Below are positions 25,944 to 36,783 of a stretch of 64,000 bases of DNA, piece by piece; position 1 is the first letter of the stretch; each line of letters begins with the position of its first letter. The position numbers and the translations under genes are program-made. Origin of the DNA: Pseudomonadota bacterium (lineage in GTDB: Bacteria; Pseudomonadota; Gammaproteobacteria; Burkholderiales; JBEEJL01); the NCBI GenBank assembly GCA_043744215.1, contig JAYTVC010000012.1, positions 19,246-83,245 on the forward strand, in the 5' to 3' direction. The notes beneath the pieces were generated by a model. It did not search any database. It saw only the letters and a program-made list of their open reading frames with translations, and was not told the DNA's origin.

Positions 25944-28373
25944 TTAAAGCTTCGCTATCAGCGATTTTGCCGTTTCAATGCCGGCAAACGTGTTGCCGCC
26001 GGTCAATGCGTTTTGCAAATGGATTTTTGCCCGTTGTTTATCGCCTGCTTCGTGATAGGCCATGCCAAGATGGAACTGGCCTATAGACGATACCTCAGAC
26101 TGGCTCTCGAGCGCCCGTTGCAAATACGGCAAGCCGCGCCTTGGTTGCCCATTTTTTACCCACGCCCAGCCGAGCGTGTCGAGATACGCCGGGTTGGAGG
26201 TGTTTTCAAACCGGCGCGCGATAGTCAGCGCGCGTTCGCGGCTGGATGCATCGCTGCGTTTTTCCAATAGCATCATGGCAAGATTATTGGCTGCCACATC
26301 CATAGCCGGATTTTGCTTGAAGATGGCATCGTATTGCGCCAGCGCACGGTCATGGGCCTGATTGGTTTCCAGGATCGCCCCGTGGGCAAACGCCAGTATC
26401 GGATCGCCAGGCATCTGGCGCAGGCCTGCTTCGAGCACCTCCTGCGCCTTGGAGTTGTCTTTGCTGTCGTGATGCAGTTGCGCCAAGGCAAGGTAAGGCG
26501 TTTGCCAAAATGGATTGATATTTAACGAGCGGCCATAGGCTTGCTTCGCCTCGGCATATTTTTTTTGTTCACGATAAAACTCACCGAGCAGGTAATAGGC
26601 CTGGTTCAAGGTGGGGGAATCAATGCGCAGTTGCCCTTTGATTTTAGCCAGCGCCAGATCGGCGCGGCCTTGGGCAAGATAGGCTTGTACGATGCCTTTG
26701 AGCGGCTCAATGGCTTTCGGTGAAGTGCGCAACGCCCGCTGGAATTCACCTACCGCCGCACCGAATTTTCTTTCTCCGAGATAATAACTGCCCAGTCGAA
26801 AATAATTTTGCGCGGCCGGCGACAAGTAGTTGGTCATGCTGGTGAGGCCCGCCTCTGCTCCCGGCAAGCCTTGATTGGCGGCTTGTAACGTTGCGCGCAT
26901 TTGCAATAAGCGCGCATCAAGCGGGGATAGTTTTAGCGCCGCGCCCACTTCAGCCAGCGCTGCGTTGAAATCCCTGGTCTGCGCCAAAAACTCGGCCAGC
27001 ATTAAGCGCCCTTGCGGGTTAGCGGGATTGCGTTTGACCGCGCTGGCTAAAATTTCCCGCGCCAGCATGGGCTCGTTATTGGCAACGTGGGCGCGCGCGA
27101 GCATACCGGTGTATTCGATGGAGTCTGGATAGTCTTTCAACGCCCAACGGAAATCTGCAATGGCAAGCTGCGCATCGCCGGCCTCGAGCGCCAAGCGGCC
27201 GTGCAGTACGCTGGCTTCAACATTTTTCGGATTGAGTTTCAGCACTTCGTCTACTAGCGTTTTAGCACTACTGGCCTTACCTGCGGCCGTTAACGCCTGC
27301 GCCAGTTGCGTGCGCGCCCGCTCATTGGCGACCGGATTGCCATTTTGCGCAATGATGTCGCGATAAGCCTGCTCTGCCTTGTCGATTTGTCCGGTGAGGC
27401 CGTAAAAATCTGCCAGGCCAAAACGCAAATCAAGTTCGGAAGGATTGGTCTGAATCAATCCCTGCCAGAGCATCTCCGCTTTTTCTGGCGAGCGATAGCG
27501 CAGCAAAAATTCCGCCAGCAGTTGCGCCCGGCCTAGGTCGGAAGGCTGCTGGGCGACCGAGGCGCGCAAGGTCTTCTCGGCATTGTCCTTTTCGCCTGCC
27601 AACACGTACAACGTCGCGAGGCGAAGATGGTGAAGATTATTTTCGGGTTCGAGGCCAGCCATCTCGCGCAATTGCCCGGCCGCTTTGCCCTGTTGTTTGG
27701 TCTGCAAATATAAGTTGGCCAGCGCCACCCGCAACGAAATGTTTTTGCTTTGCCGCGCGATGCTTTGCGTCAACACGTTTTCTGCACGGGCCGTCTCACC
27801 ACGCCTGAAATGTAACTGCGCCAATTCAACTGCCGTATCGGTGAAATCCGGGCGGGCTTTCAAGGCCAATTCCAAGTCTTTAATGGCAGAATCCAAGTTG
27901 CCTTGTTTCGCTTTCACGCTGGCCATTAACGCTTTTGCCTCGACGCTGCCGGGGTCGGCCGCCAGTGCCGCTTTTGCCTTGTCAACGGCGGCCGTGTCTT
28001 TTCCTGCCAGCAGTTGCACGCGGCCCAGCCGGGTTTTTGCCTCTACGTAATTGGGTTGGATTTCCAGCACCTGCGTGTAGTTCGCTGCCGCCTCTTGGTA
28101 TAACTGCTGGCTTTCGTGAATGATACCGAGCTGATAATACGCTTCGTAATTAGCTTGATTGATTGCCAGCACGTTCTTTAGCTCAAGCTTGGCCAGGTCG
28201 TATCGGTTGGCTTGCATCAATGATTTGGCTTGGTCGAGATAATATTTTTCGTGCTCGACCCGATTGCCGCAGCCGGCAAAAAAAACCAACACCAGCGCCT
28301 GGAAAAATACCGTTGCCTGTTTTGGCCAGAAGCAAAATTTTGGCACTTCTGAAAACTGTATGGCGCGCGTCAT
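25944..28373 (-). CDS. large TPR-repeat lipoprotein (PrsT-like, PEP-CTERM-system type)
   Basis: ATG at 28373, lipobox FFAGC, then about 800 aa of continuous TPR repeats. Last gene of the EPS locus. Confidence 0.7.
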   Translation of the reverse strand: MTRAIQFSEVPKFCFWPKQATVFFQALVLVFFAGCGNRVEHEKYYLDQAKSLMQANRYDLAKLELKNVLAINQANYEAYYQLGIIHESQQLYQEAAANYTQVLEIQPNYVEAKTRLGRVQLLAGKDTAAVDKAKAALAADPGSVEAKALMASVKAKQGNLDSAIKDLELALKARPDFTDTAVELAQLHFRRGETARAENVLTQSIARQSKNISLRVALANLYLQTKQQGKAAGQLREMAGLEPENNLHHLRLATLYVLAGEKDNAEKTLRASVAQQPSDLGRAQLLAEFLLRYRSPEKAEMLWQGLIQTNPSELDLRFGLADFYGLTGQIDKAEQAYRDIIAQNGNPVANERARTQLAQALTAAGKASSAKTLVDEVLKLNPKNVEASVLHGRLALEAGDAQLAIADFRWALKDYPDSIEYTGMLARAHVANNEPMLAREILASAVKRNPANPQGRLMLAEFLAQTRDFNAALAEVGAALKLSPLDARLLQMRATLQAANQGLPGAEAGLTSMTNYLSPAAQNYFRLGSYYLGERKFGAAVGEFQRALRTSPKAIEPLKGIVQAYLAQGRADLALAKIKGQLRIDSPTLNQAYYLLGEFYREQKKYAEAKQAYGRSLNINPFWQTPYLALAQLHHDSKDNSKAQEVLEAGLRQMPGDPILAFAHGAILETNQAHDRALAQYDAIFKQNPAMDVAANNLAMMLLEKRSDASSRERALTIARRFENTSNPAYLDTLGWAWVKNGQPRRGLPYLQRALESQSEVSSIGQFHLGMAYHEAGDKQRAKIHLQNALTGGNTFAGIETAKSLIAKL

Positions 28374-28374
28374 A

Positions 28375-30009
28375 TCAAGCCAACAATGTGCGTACCGCAA
28401 GAACCGCAAGTAGCAGTGAAAGGCCGGCGCGCAATAGCATCCACCCTCGCGTCATGCGGCTGAGCAAGAGTTCTACTGCGTAAAATAAGACGATTACTTT
28501 GAGCAAAATGACTGCGTAGCCGCTCTTTTGCGATAGCAGCCCCGACAGGGCCGGCAATGCGATGGCCATGAAGATCACCAGAAAATCCAATGTAGTTATT
28601 TCAAAACGGTTTTTTTGCGCGTAGTGAATCCCCATAAAAATCATCGCGGCGAGAAAAATAAAAACCCCGTTGTCGATGGTAAAGTTGGGCCCGGCGATGT
28701 GCACCACCGGCTGTATCAGGTATTGCGCCAGCACGCAGATCACATACAAGCCCGCACGCTCTGCCATGACAAACGGCTGGTTGCGGCGGGTGAATAAAAA
28801 AGTCAGCTCAATGGCTAACAGCACCAGGCACAGCACCATGATGTCGGTCGATACGCGCGGTGTGCGGATCAACGAGAACGTCACGTAGGACGCGACGATA
28901 GCGAACACTATACGAAACGCCCATTGACCGAGGCCGCCGCTGGCACGCAGCCACTCTACGCGATGCACGAGGAAAGTGCCGCCTTCACCATGGGAGCGCC
29001 CTTTGAAACGCCAGCCGCTATGCCAGGCCCATCGAAAAAACCCTAACACCGCCGCGCATATGCCCAGATAGACGCCGAGCACCAGCCAATCCGAACGGTA
29101 GCGCAACGCAAAACCGAGCAACACCAGGGTAGATTGTGTGACATAGATCATCAGCACAGATTCATATTGGTCAAACCCGAGCGCCAGCATACGATGATGA
29201 ATGTGGTTTTTATCCGGCGAAAACGGCGAGCGTTTCTGGTAGAGGCGCAGGCCCATGACCATCAGTGTATCGAGCACGGGCAAACCAAACAGCAGCAGCG
29301 GCGTAACGGAACTGAGCCGGGTATTCACGCTCTGCGTGAGCACAATCGCCAACACGCCGACGCAAAACCCCAGGTATTGGCTGCCCGTATCGCCCATAAA
29401 AATACTGGCAGGATGGGTATTGAAGCGCAGAAAACCCATGATGCCGCCCATGACGGCAAGGCAAATCACGACTAACTGATTGCTGCCTGCACGATAGCCC
29501 AGCAACGCGATGGCGGCGAAAGACAACAACGCCACGCCGCCGGCCAAACCATCGAGACCGTCGGATAAATTGATCGCATTGGTAATGCCCAGCAGAACAA
29601 AAATGGTGAGGGGAGCCGACAGAAAAATCGGCAGCGCTCCTTGATTAAAGGGCGTGCGTTCAATCAGCACATCGCCGTAAAACACGACGATGCAAGCAGC
29701 GATAAATTGGCCCAGCAGTTTGAGCTTGTAATTCAGGTTGGTGCGGTCATCCCAGATCCCGAACACCGCAATGGTGGAAATGCCTGCGATGATTGCAGCC
29801 GTTTGTTGCGAGCGTTCTAACCACAACAAGGTGGCCAGCAGGGTGCCGATTATCATGGCGACGCCACCGATGCGGGGAATCGCGCCCGTATGCACTTTGC
29901 GCGCATCGGGAATATCGACAAAGCCCAAACGCGCCGCAAATTGCATCAGCGGCGGTATGAGCAACATGGTCACAAACAACGAGACCGTAAAACTGAAAAA
30001 ACCTGACAC
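28375..30009 (-). CDS. polyprenyl-phosphate N-acetylhexosamine-1-phosphate transferase (WecA/MraY family) with an extra C-terminal membrane domain
   Basis: VDIPDARKVH, NAINLSDGLDGLAGG and FMGDTGSQ motifs, followed by about 200 additional aa with more TM helices. Confidence 0.8.
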   Translation of the reverse strand: MSGFFSFTVSLFVTMLLIPPLMQFAARLGFVDIPDARKVHTGAIPRIGGVAMIIGTLLATLLWLERSQQTAAIIAGISTIAVFGIWDDRTNLNYKLKLLGQFIAACIVVFYGDVLIERTPFNQGALPIFLSAPLTIFVLLGITNAINLSDGLDGLAGGVALLSFAAIALLGYRAGSNQLVVICLAVMGGIMGFLRFNTHPASIFMGDTGSQYLGFCVGVLAIVLTQSVNTRLSSVTPLLLFGLPVLDTLMVMGLRLYQKRSPFSPDKNHIHHRMLALGFDQYESVLMIYVTQSTLVLLGFALRYRSDWLVLGVYLGICAAVLGFFRWAWHSGWRFKGRSHGEGGTFLVHRVEWLRASGGLGQWAFRIVFAIVASYVTFSLIRTPRVSTDIMVLCLVLLAIELTFLFTRRNQPFVMAERAGLYVICVLAQYLIQPVVHIAGPNFTIDNGVFIFLAAMIFMGIHYAQKNRFEITTLDFLVIFMAIALPALSGLLSQKSGYAVILLKVIVLFYAVELLLSRMTRGWMLLRAGLSLLLAVLAVRTLLA

Positions 30010-30061
30010 AGTAGTTTCCCGTCAATGGAAGGCGGCCATCACGACCTGCCTGTCGGTAAAA

Positions 30062-30838
30062 TTACGACGTTGCGCCGGCGTTGCTGACGCCAAGAACGTG
30101 CCGCCATAGCACCAGCAAAACAAACTTGGGATTGGACACGAATGCGCGACGCCACATGCGTTTGGGCTCTTTGATGAAACGATAAAACCATTCGAGGCCG
30201 CAACGGATCATCCACTGCGGCGCACGCGCGTATGTACCCGCGTAAAAATCGAACACCGCGCCAATGGAACCGATAACCGGCACATCCAATTGTGCGGCAT
30301 TTGCATTAGCCCATTTCTCTTGCTTGGGCGCTGTCATGCCGACCCACAATACGTCTGGGCGTGCATTGTTAACCTGTTGAATATATTGAATATTTTGTGC
30401 GTCTGGCCAAGTACCGAAAGGTGGCGAAACCGCGCCGCAGAGCACGATGGCAGGATAGTCGCGTGCCAGCCGCGCGGCGATCAGATCCAAAACTTTTTGC
30501 GATGAGCCGAAAAAGAAAACCCGTCCGCCGCCACGCTCAGCCAACATTTTCATGATGGCAAAAAAATAATCGCTTCCGGTGATGCGCGGGCCAATATCGA
30601 TCCGCGCGAATTTCGCCATCATGGTAACACCTACGCCATCGGCAACCGTGAGATTGGCGCTGTTAAGCGCCTGCCTGAATAAATCATCGCCCTGCGCCAC
30701 CACCAGTGAATGCGGATTGGCGCAGGCGAACACGATTTTTTCGGCGCGCCGCTCCACGGCTTCGCGCGCATCGTGCGTAACCCGCTCGAGATTTTTACGG
30801 TCTATGGGCACACCGAGCAATTTGCCAGCGTCTCTCAT
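30062..30838 (-). CDS. WecB/TagA/CpsF-family glycosyltransferase
   Basis: GMTAPKQEKW...GAVFDFYAG...RAPQWM...GLEWFYRFIKEPKRMWRR. Confidence 0.85.
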   Translation of the reverse strand: MRDAGKLLGVPIDRKNLERVTHDAREAVERRAEKIVFACANPHSLVVAQGDDLFRQALNSANLTVADGVGVTMMAKFARIDIGPRITGSDYFFAIMKMLAERGGGRVFFFGSSQKVLDLIAARLARDYPAIVLCGAVSPPFGTWPDAQNIQYIQQVNNARPDVLWVGMTAPKQEKWANANAAQLDVPVIGSIGAVFDFYAGTYARAPQWMIRCGLEWFYRFIKEPKRMWRRAFVSNPKFVLLVLWRHVLGVSNAGATS

Positions 30839-32040
30839 GCGGCCTCCGCTTTTGCGCCGCGCTGCCCGTGATCGGCGATGGCATCACGGTAAATATCCAT
30901 CAGCAATTGGTAATTTCGCTCGGATGAATAGTCGCGTTCAAACAGCGCCCGTGCCTGGGCGCCCATGCGTTGCATGTCTTCAGCCAACATGCGGGTGACC
31001 GTGTTGGCAAGATCGCCCGCATTGCCCGCTTCAAACTTGCGCCCGGTTTCGCCCTCTACGACCAGATCATCGAGGCTACCCAGCCGCGATGCCACCACCG
31101 GGGTGCCGCTGGCATACGCTTCAAGCAAGGCCATGGGAAATCCTTCATAACATTCCGACGGCAAAATTTGCAACGAGGCTTGCGACACGATGCGCAGCAC
31201 TTCTTCGCGCGGCTGATAACCGAGAAACGCCACATCAAGCTGATGTTCGGCTGCGGCTTGTTCCAATTCGGCACGCAACTCACCGTCGCCGAGAATTTTC
31301 AGTGGCACATTTTTAACTTGGCACCAGGCTTTAATCAATGTGCTAACACCCTTCTCGGCGCTGAGGCGCCCGACAAAAACGGCAAACGGCGCGCGCGCAT
31401 CTTGATTAAAAACCGGCGGATTCGGCAAAAAATTGGGTTTGATGACGATGCGATCGGCGGGCAGGCCGCCCTGAGCGAGGCGCGGAATGGAGAACGCCGA
31501 CGGCACAATATATCGGTTAACGTTATCGCTGTAAGAACCCTTGTGCTTATTGCTCACCTGCATCCACACCAGGGCCGCCGTGGCGGACAGTGAGCCGCGG
31601 TAACAGCGGTGCCGCAGCGCGCTGATTACGCTGCCCGTGAGGCAATCCTCACAGGGTTTGCCATCACGCAGCAACAAGCCATTGGCGCAGACGATGCGGT
31701 AGTTGTGCAAAGTCTGCACTACCGGCACGCCATGTTCCTGGCAGGCGGCATACACGCTGGGCGACATCTGCGGAAAAGTATTGTGAAAATGCGCCACCTG
31801 CGGCCGGGTCTTTTTGATCAGATCGCGCACGGCGTCATAGCTGCTTTGCGACCATGCTGTATTGCGCGCAACATTGATGCGGCTGCCCGGGGTCAAAATG
31901 TCGATGTCGTCATTGAAACGCTCAAACGCGATCACTTCGTGGCCGCGCGCTTCCAGCAACTTGCGTTCGTTGCGATACACCGCGTCTTCACCGCTAGGTG
32001 CGCTGCTGCGATAGTGGCAATGGCCCAAAAGAATTTTCAT
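30835..32040 (-). CDS. GT-B glycosyltransferase (group 1)
   Basis: ATG at 32040 (MKILLGH). ECYEGFPMALLEAYASGTPVV EX7E-type motif. Confidence 0.8.
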   Translation of the reverse strand: MKILLGHCHYRSSAPSGEDAVYRNERKLLEARGHEVIAFERFNDDIDILTPGSRINVARNTAWSQSSYDAVRDLIKKTRPQVAHFHNTFPQMSPSVYAACQEHGVPVVQTLHNYRIVCANGLLLRDGKPCEDCLTGSVISALRHRCYRGSLSATAALVWMQVSNKHKGSYSDNVNRYIVPSAFSIPRLAQGGLPADRIVIKPNFLPNPPVFNQDARAPFAVFVGRLSAEKGVSTLIKAWCQVKNVPLKILGDGELRAELEQAAAEHQLDVAFLGYQPREEVLRIVSQASLQILPSECYEGFPMALLEAYASGTPVVASRLGSLDDLVVEGETGRKFEAGNAGDLANTVTRMLAEDMQRMGAQARALFERDYSSERNYQLLMDIYRDAIADHGQRGAKAEAA

Positions 32041-32053
32041 CGCTGTAAAGCTT

Positions 32054-33256
32054 TCAAGTTTTGATCGGCCGTTGCAAACAGGCTTCAACGCCATCCGCAA
32101 AATGCCGCACCATGTTTTCCATCGTATAGACCTTGCTGGCTGCCAAGGCGGCCGCACGAGATTTTTGATATAAATTGTTATTATTCAATAGGTTATAAAC
32201 TTCATCAGCATAGGCTTGCGGTGTGGCTTCAGCAAAGAAACCATTTTGCCCCGGCTCTAGATAGACTACCTCGGGCGAATGCGGTGTATCGCCGCCAGTA
32301 GTGACGACGGGCAAGCCTGCACAGAAAGCATCCAGCACGACCAGCCCAATTAAACCGGGGTTCATCACGACGTGGGCCAGCTTGAAGTACGCGGCTTTGC
32401 TCACGCCGGATTGCGGCCCTACCGCGTGCGCCCAAGGGCGCGTCTTCATCGCTGCTTCCAGCATGGGGGCCTCTGCGCCTGAGCCGATTACTATCAATCG
32501 AAAATCGGGTAAGCGTTGATGCAGCAGGTCGGCGGCTTCTATCAACAAATCAATCCGCTTGTCTTTGTACAAAGCGCCACAAAAAAGACCGACGGCCGAT
32601 TGGTCGTTGATGCCGCAAGCTGCTGAAATATCCGCCAGCATTTGCGGCGACACTTTTTCCATGTCGGCCTGGAAGCCCGTGTTATCAACGGTGTTGTTCA
32701 AATTGGAAATCCGGTCGTGGGGAAACCCGCCCTGCGCGAGCGCTTCCACCGAGCGGCGAGTATAGGCAAACCACCAGTCCGCGCGCTGGGCCCAAAAATG
32801 TCGCCATTTCTCTTTTACACTGCCCGCTGAGCGGCTGCGCGGGCCCACGCCATGGCCCCAAAATGCCAATCGCTTTCCTGCAAGACGCCGCCTTAATATG
32901 AGCGGATAGTTGGAAAGTATCAGGTTCTCTTGCGTGACGATCAGCAGGTCTGATTCGTTCAATTGTTGCGTTGGCAATGTCTGCCATACGGCGGAACGGC
33001 CGCGGCCAAAGGAGATGAAGCGGTTGTGGATGGGCTGCGCCCAGTCGAGTTTGCACTCGTAGCTGCGGTCTCTTTCATGCGGCCAATGCTCACCATGTAA
33101 ATAATTCAAATCAATGCCGCGGGATGACAACTCATCATGCAACTGATTGTAAAAAGGGATGCGAAACGGGCTGAGCTGCACATTTACAATCGACACTTTT
33201 TTTCTTTCGCCTGTTGCGGTAGCTTGCCCGGCGGCGCTTGTTTCGGTCTTGTTCAT
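32054..33256 (-). CDS. GT-B-like glycosyltransferase
   Basis: 400 aa. The C-terminal half (GLIGLVVLDAFCAGLPVVTTGG) resembles the group 1 GT fold. Confidence 0.65.
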   Translation of the reverse strand: MNKTETSAAGQATATGERKKVSIVNVQLSPFRIPFYNQLHDELSSRGIDLNYLHGEHWPHERDRSYECKLDWAQPIHNRFISFGRGRSAVWQTLPTQQLNESDLLIVTQENLILSNYPLILRRRLAGKRLAFWGHGVGPRSRSAGSVKEKWRHFWAQRADWWFAYTRRSVEALAQGGFPHDRISNLNNTVDNTGFQADMEKVSPQMLADISAACGINDQSAVGLFCGALYKDKRIDLLIEAADLLHQRLPDFRLIVIGSGAEAPMLEAAMKTRPWAHAVGPQSGVSKAAYFKLAHVVMNPGLIGLVVLDAFCAGLPVVTTGGDTPHSPEVVYLEPGQNGFFAEATPQAYADEVYNLLNNNNLYQKSRAAALAASKVYTMENMVRHFADGVEACLQRPIKT

Positions 33257-33257
33257 G

Positions 33258-34406
33258 TCAACGCCCTTTTCCTGCGATCAAGGTCAGATAATCGCAGACT
33301 TCCCGCGCGGCTGTGGCGCAATCATGGCGGCGCACTTTTTCGTAGGCGCGCAGCCCCATCGCCTTGCGCTGCGCCTCCTCCATTTCCACCATGAGTAAAA
33401 TTTTCTCCGCTGTCGTGGCTGTATCGTATGGGTCGATGCGGTAACCGGTTTCGCCATCGTCCACCAGATCCCGCGTAGCATACGCATGCACCGAAGACAG
33501 AACGGGCAATTGCGCCGCCATCGCTTCGGCCGCGACGGCGCCGAAGGAATCATTCAAGGTGGGGAACACGGAAAAATCCGACACGGCCAAATAGCGCGCA
33601 ACGTCGGGCGGCTCAAGAAAGCCGAGGAAATGCACGTTGCGCCAGCCCTTGTCGCACGCCAGCGTTTCGTACTCCTTGCGCTTGGGGCCGTTACCAACGA
33701 TGAGCAAGGTAGCATCCGGCCGCGAAGCGACGACTTGTTCGTAGGCCTTGAATAACTCGGGAAAACCTTTGGCATCCCCAAGCCGGGCAATCACGATCAT
33801 GACGGGGCCGGGGAACTGTTTTTTCAACACATCATATTCAGCCGATGCGCGAAATGCCTTGGCGGTTTCATGAAAAAAATCTACGTCAATCGGCATCACT
33901 ACCACCCGGACATTTTCCGGCTCGGCGCCAAAATGCAAAAACGCATCCCGGCTGTCACTGGATGAGGCGATCGACGCATCGGCGTGGCGCGATAGCGTAC
34001 GTCGTATAAATCGTTTTGCCGCAGAACGGTCTGACCCGTCCTGCATAGTAAACTCGCACCAGTTCACGAATTTCTTGCCTGACAATTTGCAATATACAAA
34101 CGCCGCGATATTGGTTAATGCAAACCCGCCGCCGCTGAGCACTACATCGGCATTCAAGCGCCAAAGTGTCGGCATCACACCAAAATTGATCGACAGCGGG
34201 AATGGCCAATTTTTCCGCGGAATCTGCAGACCTGGCAGAATTTTGTGCTTGAACTGATAAGGGTATTGGCTGAGGTCCCACTCACGCTGTTCGCCCTTGT
34301 GGTGCATCATGGTCAGCACGGCGACATCCCCCGTCTGCTTATGCAGCTCGTCGTAAATAGGGATGCGATAAGGCGTCAGGATAGTATTGATGATGGCTAG
34401 TTTCAT
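33258..34406 (-). CDS. GT-B glycosyltransferase (group 1)
   Basis: ATG at 34406 (MKLAIINT). FPTLNDSFGAVAAEAMAAQLPVLSS motif. Confidence 0.8.
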   Translation of the reverse strand: MKLAIINTILTPYRIPIYDELHKQTGDVAVLTMMHHKGEQREWDLSQYPYQFKHKILPGLQIPRKNWPFPLSINFGVMPTLWRLNADVVLSGGGFALTNIAAFVYCKLSGKKFVNWCEFTMQDGSDRSAAKRFIRRTLSRHADASIASSSDSRDAFLHFGAEPENVRVVVMPIDVDFFHETAKAFRASAEYDVLKKQFPGPVMIVIARLGDAKGFPELFKAYEQVVASRPDATLLIVGNGPKRKEYETLACDKGWRNVHFLGFLEPPDVARYLAVSDFSVFPTLNDSFGAVAAEAMAAQLPVLSSVHAYATRDLVDDGETGYRIDPYDTATTAEKILLMVEMEEAQRKAMGLRAYEKVRRHDCATAAREVCDYLTLIAGKGR

Positions 34407-34466
34407 AATTTTTGTGCGTAAAGTTATCTCAACCATTAAGCCGTCAGGGCAGGGTTTACCAAATGC

Positions 34467-35876
34467 TTACCTGATGACGGATTGCCGTTTTGCGTCCAAG
34501 CCCATCCGCGTGCGTGCGGCCTGGGGCTGGCGCGTAACTACTTGCGCCGGCAAAGACGCCTCCTTTAATTCTTCTAATTCTTCTCGGCTTCTGCGCGGTT
34601 TTTTCACTTCGATGATGCCCGTTTCATACCACCTGACGATATTAGGTGAGACACCGATATAGATGAAAGTGAACAGCAACCAAAGCGGATTCGGCGCGGT
34701 GCCAAATGAAGCTTCGGAATAGTTATGCAACATCAGCACGATGAGCAGCACGCCAAAACTGGCGGCAAAGCGTTTGTTCATCGGCGCAATTTTAATTATT
34801 CGCACCGCGGTTGTGACCGCAAAAATGATGATAAAGCCCAGCGCAACGACACCGCCACGCACCATGATGTCGAGATAACCGTTATGAAACTGGTTATATC
34901 TGATTTGATACTTGGTCGGCAGCGATTGCAGGAAGTCGAAGCTCCAGCCAAACCAGGGCTTGTCATGAATGGCTTTCCAGGCAATCTCCCACAGGCCTGC
35001 GCGGCCGGTCAGACTGGAATCCCGCCCCACCGAACCCAATGCCCGGTTTACCTCGAACAATTCGGGAGACGTCGCATAAAAATAGCCGGCCACACCAAAA
35101 ACCAGCAGGCTGACCGAAGCGATTCTTATCACCGCCTCGGATGCGCTTCGACTGCTGGCGAACCAGATAAATGTGGGAACGCCAAAAATCACAAAAACTG
35201 CCAGCGAAGCGGCGGTGACACTGCCTGATCCGAGAATTAGCACTAGCGCCCCTACCGTGGCCAAAATGAGCATCAATCGCATCCAGTTACTGGTGGCATA
35301 AAAAAAATAGCTTACATTCGCCCACACCATAATGAGCGATATATACCCCAGCGTGTTGGGGTTCCATGTCAACGCCATCCAGCGCCCGGTTTCAATGTGA
35401 ATGTTGCGATAGGGGAATAACAGCGCCGTCGCCAGGCAAGCAGGGACAAACAAAAAAGAAAACATACTGTACACCCGCAAAACCGTCACTTCGTGACCTC
35501 TGAACATCAGCAGAGCCGCCACCGCAATCAGGTAATGGCCCAACAAGTGGGCGCTGCTGGAAATCGCCTTTACCGGATTGGCCGACCACAAAAATGACGC
35601 CATGGCATAAAGTACAAACGCGATGAATATCCAATGACCACGCATGAGTTTTGAAAAATCTTTTCGGCGCAAATAAATCACCCATGCGGAAAGCAGGTAA
35701 ACAAAACTGAATACAACCAGCCGGTATGTCTCGGTATCAATGAGTAAGCCCACGCCTTCTTTGCTGGGCTTTTCGATGGTGATGAAGTCGCCCATCAGTA
35801 GGCACATTAAGGGGAAACCATGTTTAATGGAGCCCCAAAAGCTGATTTTCTGATCTTTAGGTATCGCGGCAAACAT
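34467..35876 (-). CDS. O-antigen ligase/polymerase-like (Wzy_C) membrane protein
   Basis: About 10-12 TM helices and a large loop with FHNGYLDIMVRGG. Confidence 0.7.
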   Translation of the reverse strand: MFAAIPKDQKISFWGSIKHGFPLMCLLMGDFITIEKPSKEGVGLLIDTETYRLVVFSFVYLLSAWVIYLRRKDFSKLMRGHWIFIAFVLYAMASFLWSANPVKAISSSAHLLGHYLIAVAALLMFRGHEVTVLRVYSMFSFLFVPACLATALLFPYRNIHIETGRWMALTWNPNTLGYISLIMVWANVSYFFYATSNWMRLMLILATVGALVLILGSGSVTAASLAVFVIFGVPTFIWFASSRSASEAVIRIASVSLLVFGVAGYFYATSPELFEVNRALGSVGRDSSLTGRAGLWEIAWKAIHDKPWFGWSFDFLQSLPTKYQIRYNQFHNGYLDIMVRGGVVALGFIIIFAVTTAVRIIKIAPMNKRFAASFGVLLIVLMLHNYSEASFGTAPNPLWLLFTFIYIGVSPNIVRWYETGIIEVKKPRRSREELEELKEASLPAQVVTRQPQAARTRMGLDAKRQSVIR

Positions 35877-35878
35877 GC

Positions 35879-36778
35879 TTACTTTTCTCCGTACTCTTGG
35901 TAGCGATACTGCAGCAGCGTTGATAGTTGTCCGACATTACTGGCCATTTTTTGAAAGCACTTTATGCCCCACGCTTTTTTGAACGGCCAGCTCAATACCC
36001 CGCCTAACAGTGCGACGACTGCCAGTGATGCGCGATAAAAAAACCAGCGTAAAAATCCCAGCGCATTTTGGCGGCCGATAAAAATTTCCGCAAAAACCTG
36101 CCCACCGCGAAATGCGCGGCGAATCAGCCATCCGGATGTCAGCCGGTTTGGCACCACGGCTTCTCTTGCTATAGCCTCATCGCACCACACAAATTTCGCA
36201 TTTTGATCACGCAGCTTCTTGAAAAACTCTGCGTCTTCACCGCCCGAGAGGCCATACTTCGGATTAAACGGCGATACACGATCTGAAATGACTGACGCGC
36301 GCATCAGCACGTTTCCGGTGCCCCTGATAGGCGGCTTCGTTCCTGTCTGGTAACGCTCCCTATCGAAAAATCTGCCTTCCGCAATCCAGTTTGGCGCGCC
36401 AGGGGGCAGTTCACCAATTACGGGCCCGAACACTACATCGGCTTCGTATTGAATCAATGTGTTGTATAAATTTTTCAGCCAACCGGCATCTGCCTGCTCA
36501 TCGTCGTCAATAAACGCCAGCAGTTCGCCTGTGCTGTGGGCAACGCCTGCGTTGCGCGTGAGGGCAATATTTTTTTGCGGTTGCGTGTAATAACGCACCG
36601 GCATAATTCCATTGGCGGCACGCTCCGCAATCAGGCGCCCCGTGCAAGCCGGGTCGTTATCCACGACGATAATGCTCGCCGTCACCCCTGCGGGTAGCGC
36701 CTGGCATTGCAGGCTATCGAGCAGCCGCTTGAGCAGCTCGGGTCGTTTGTAGGTGGCGACGCAGATATCAATATGCAT
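35879..36778 (-). CDS. GT-A (family 2) glycosyltransferase, paralog A
   Basis: MHIDICVATYKRP...VVDND...FIDDDE (DXD). Confidence 0.8.
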   Translation of the reverse strand: MHIDICVATYKRPELLKRLLDSLQCQALPAGVTASIIVVDNDPACTGRLIAERAANGIMPVRYYTQPQKNIALTRNAGVAHSTGELLAFIDDDEQADAGWLKNLYNTLIQYEADVVFGPVIGELPPGAPNWIAEGRFFDRERYQTGTKPPIRGTGNVLMRASVISDRVSPFNPKYGLSGGEDAEFFKKLRDQNAKFVWCDEAIAREAVVPNRLTSGWLIRRAFRGGQVFAEIFIGRQNALGFLRWFFYRASLAVVALLGGVLSWPFKKAWGIKCFQKMASNVGQLSTLLQYRYQEYGEK

Positions 36779-36783
36779 GACGG

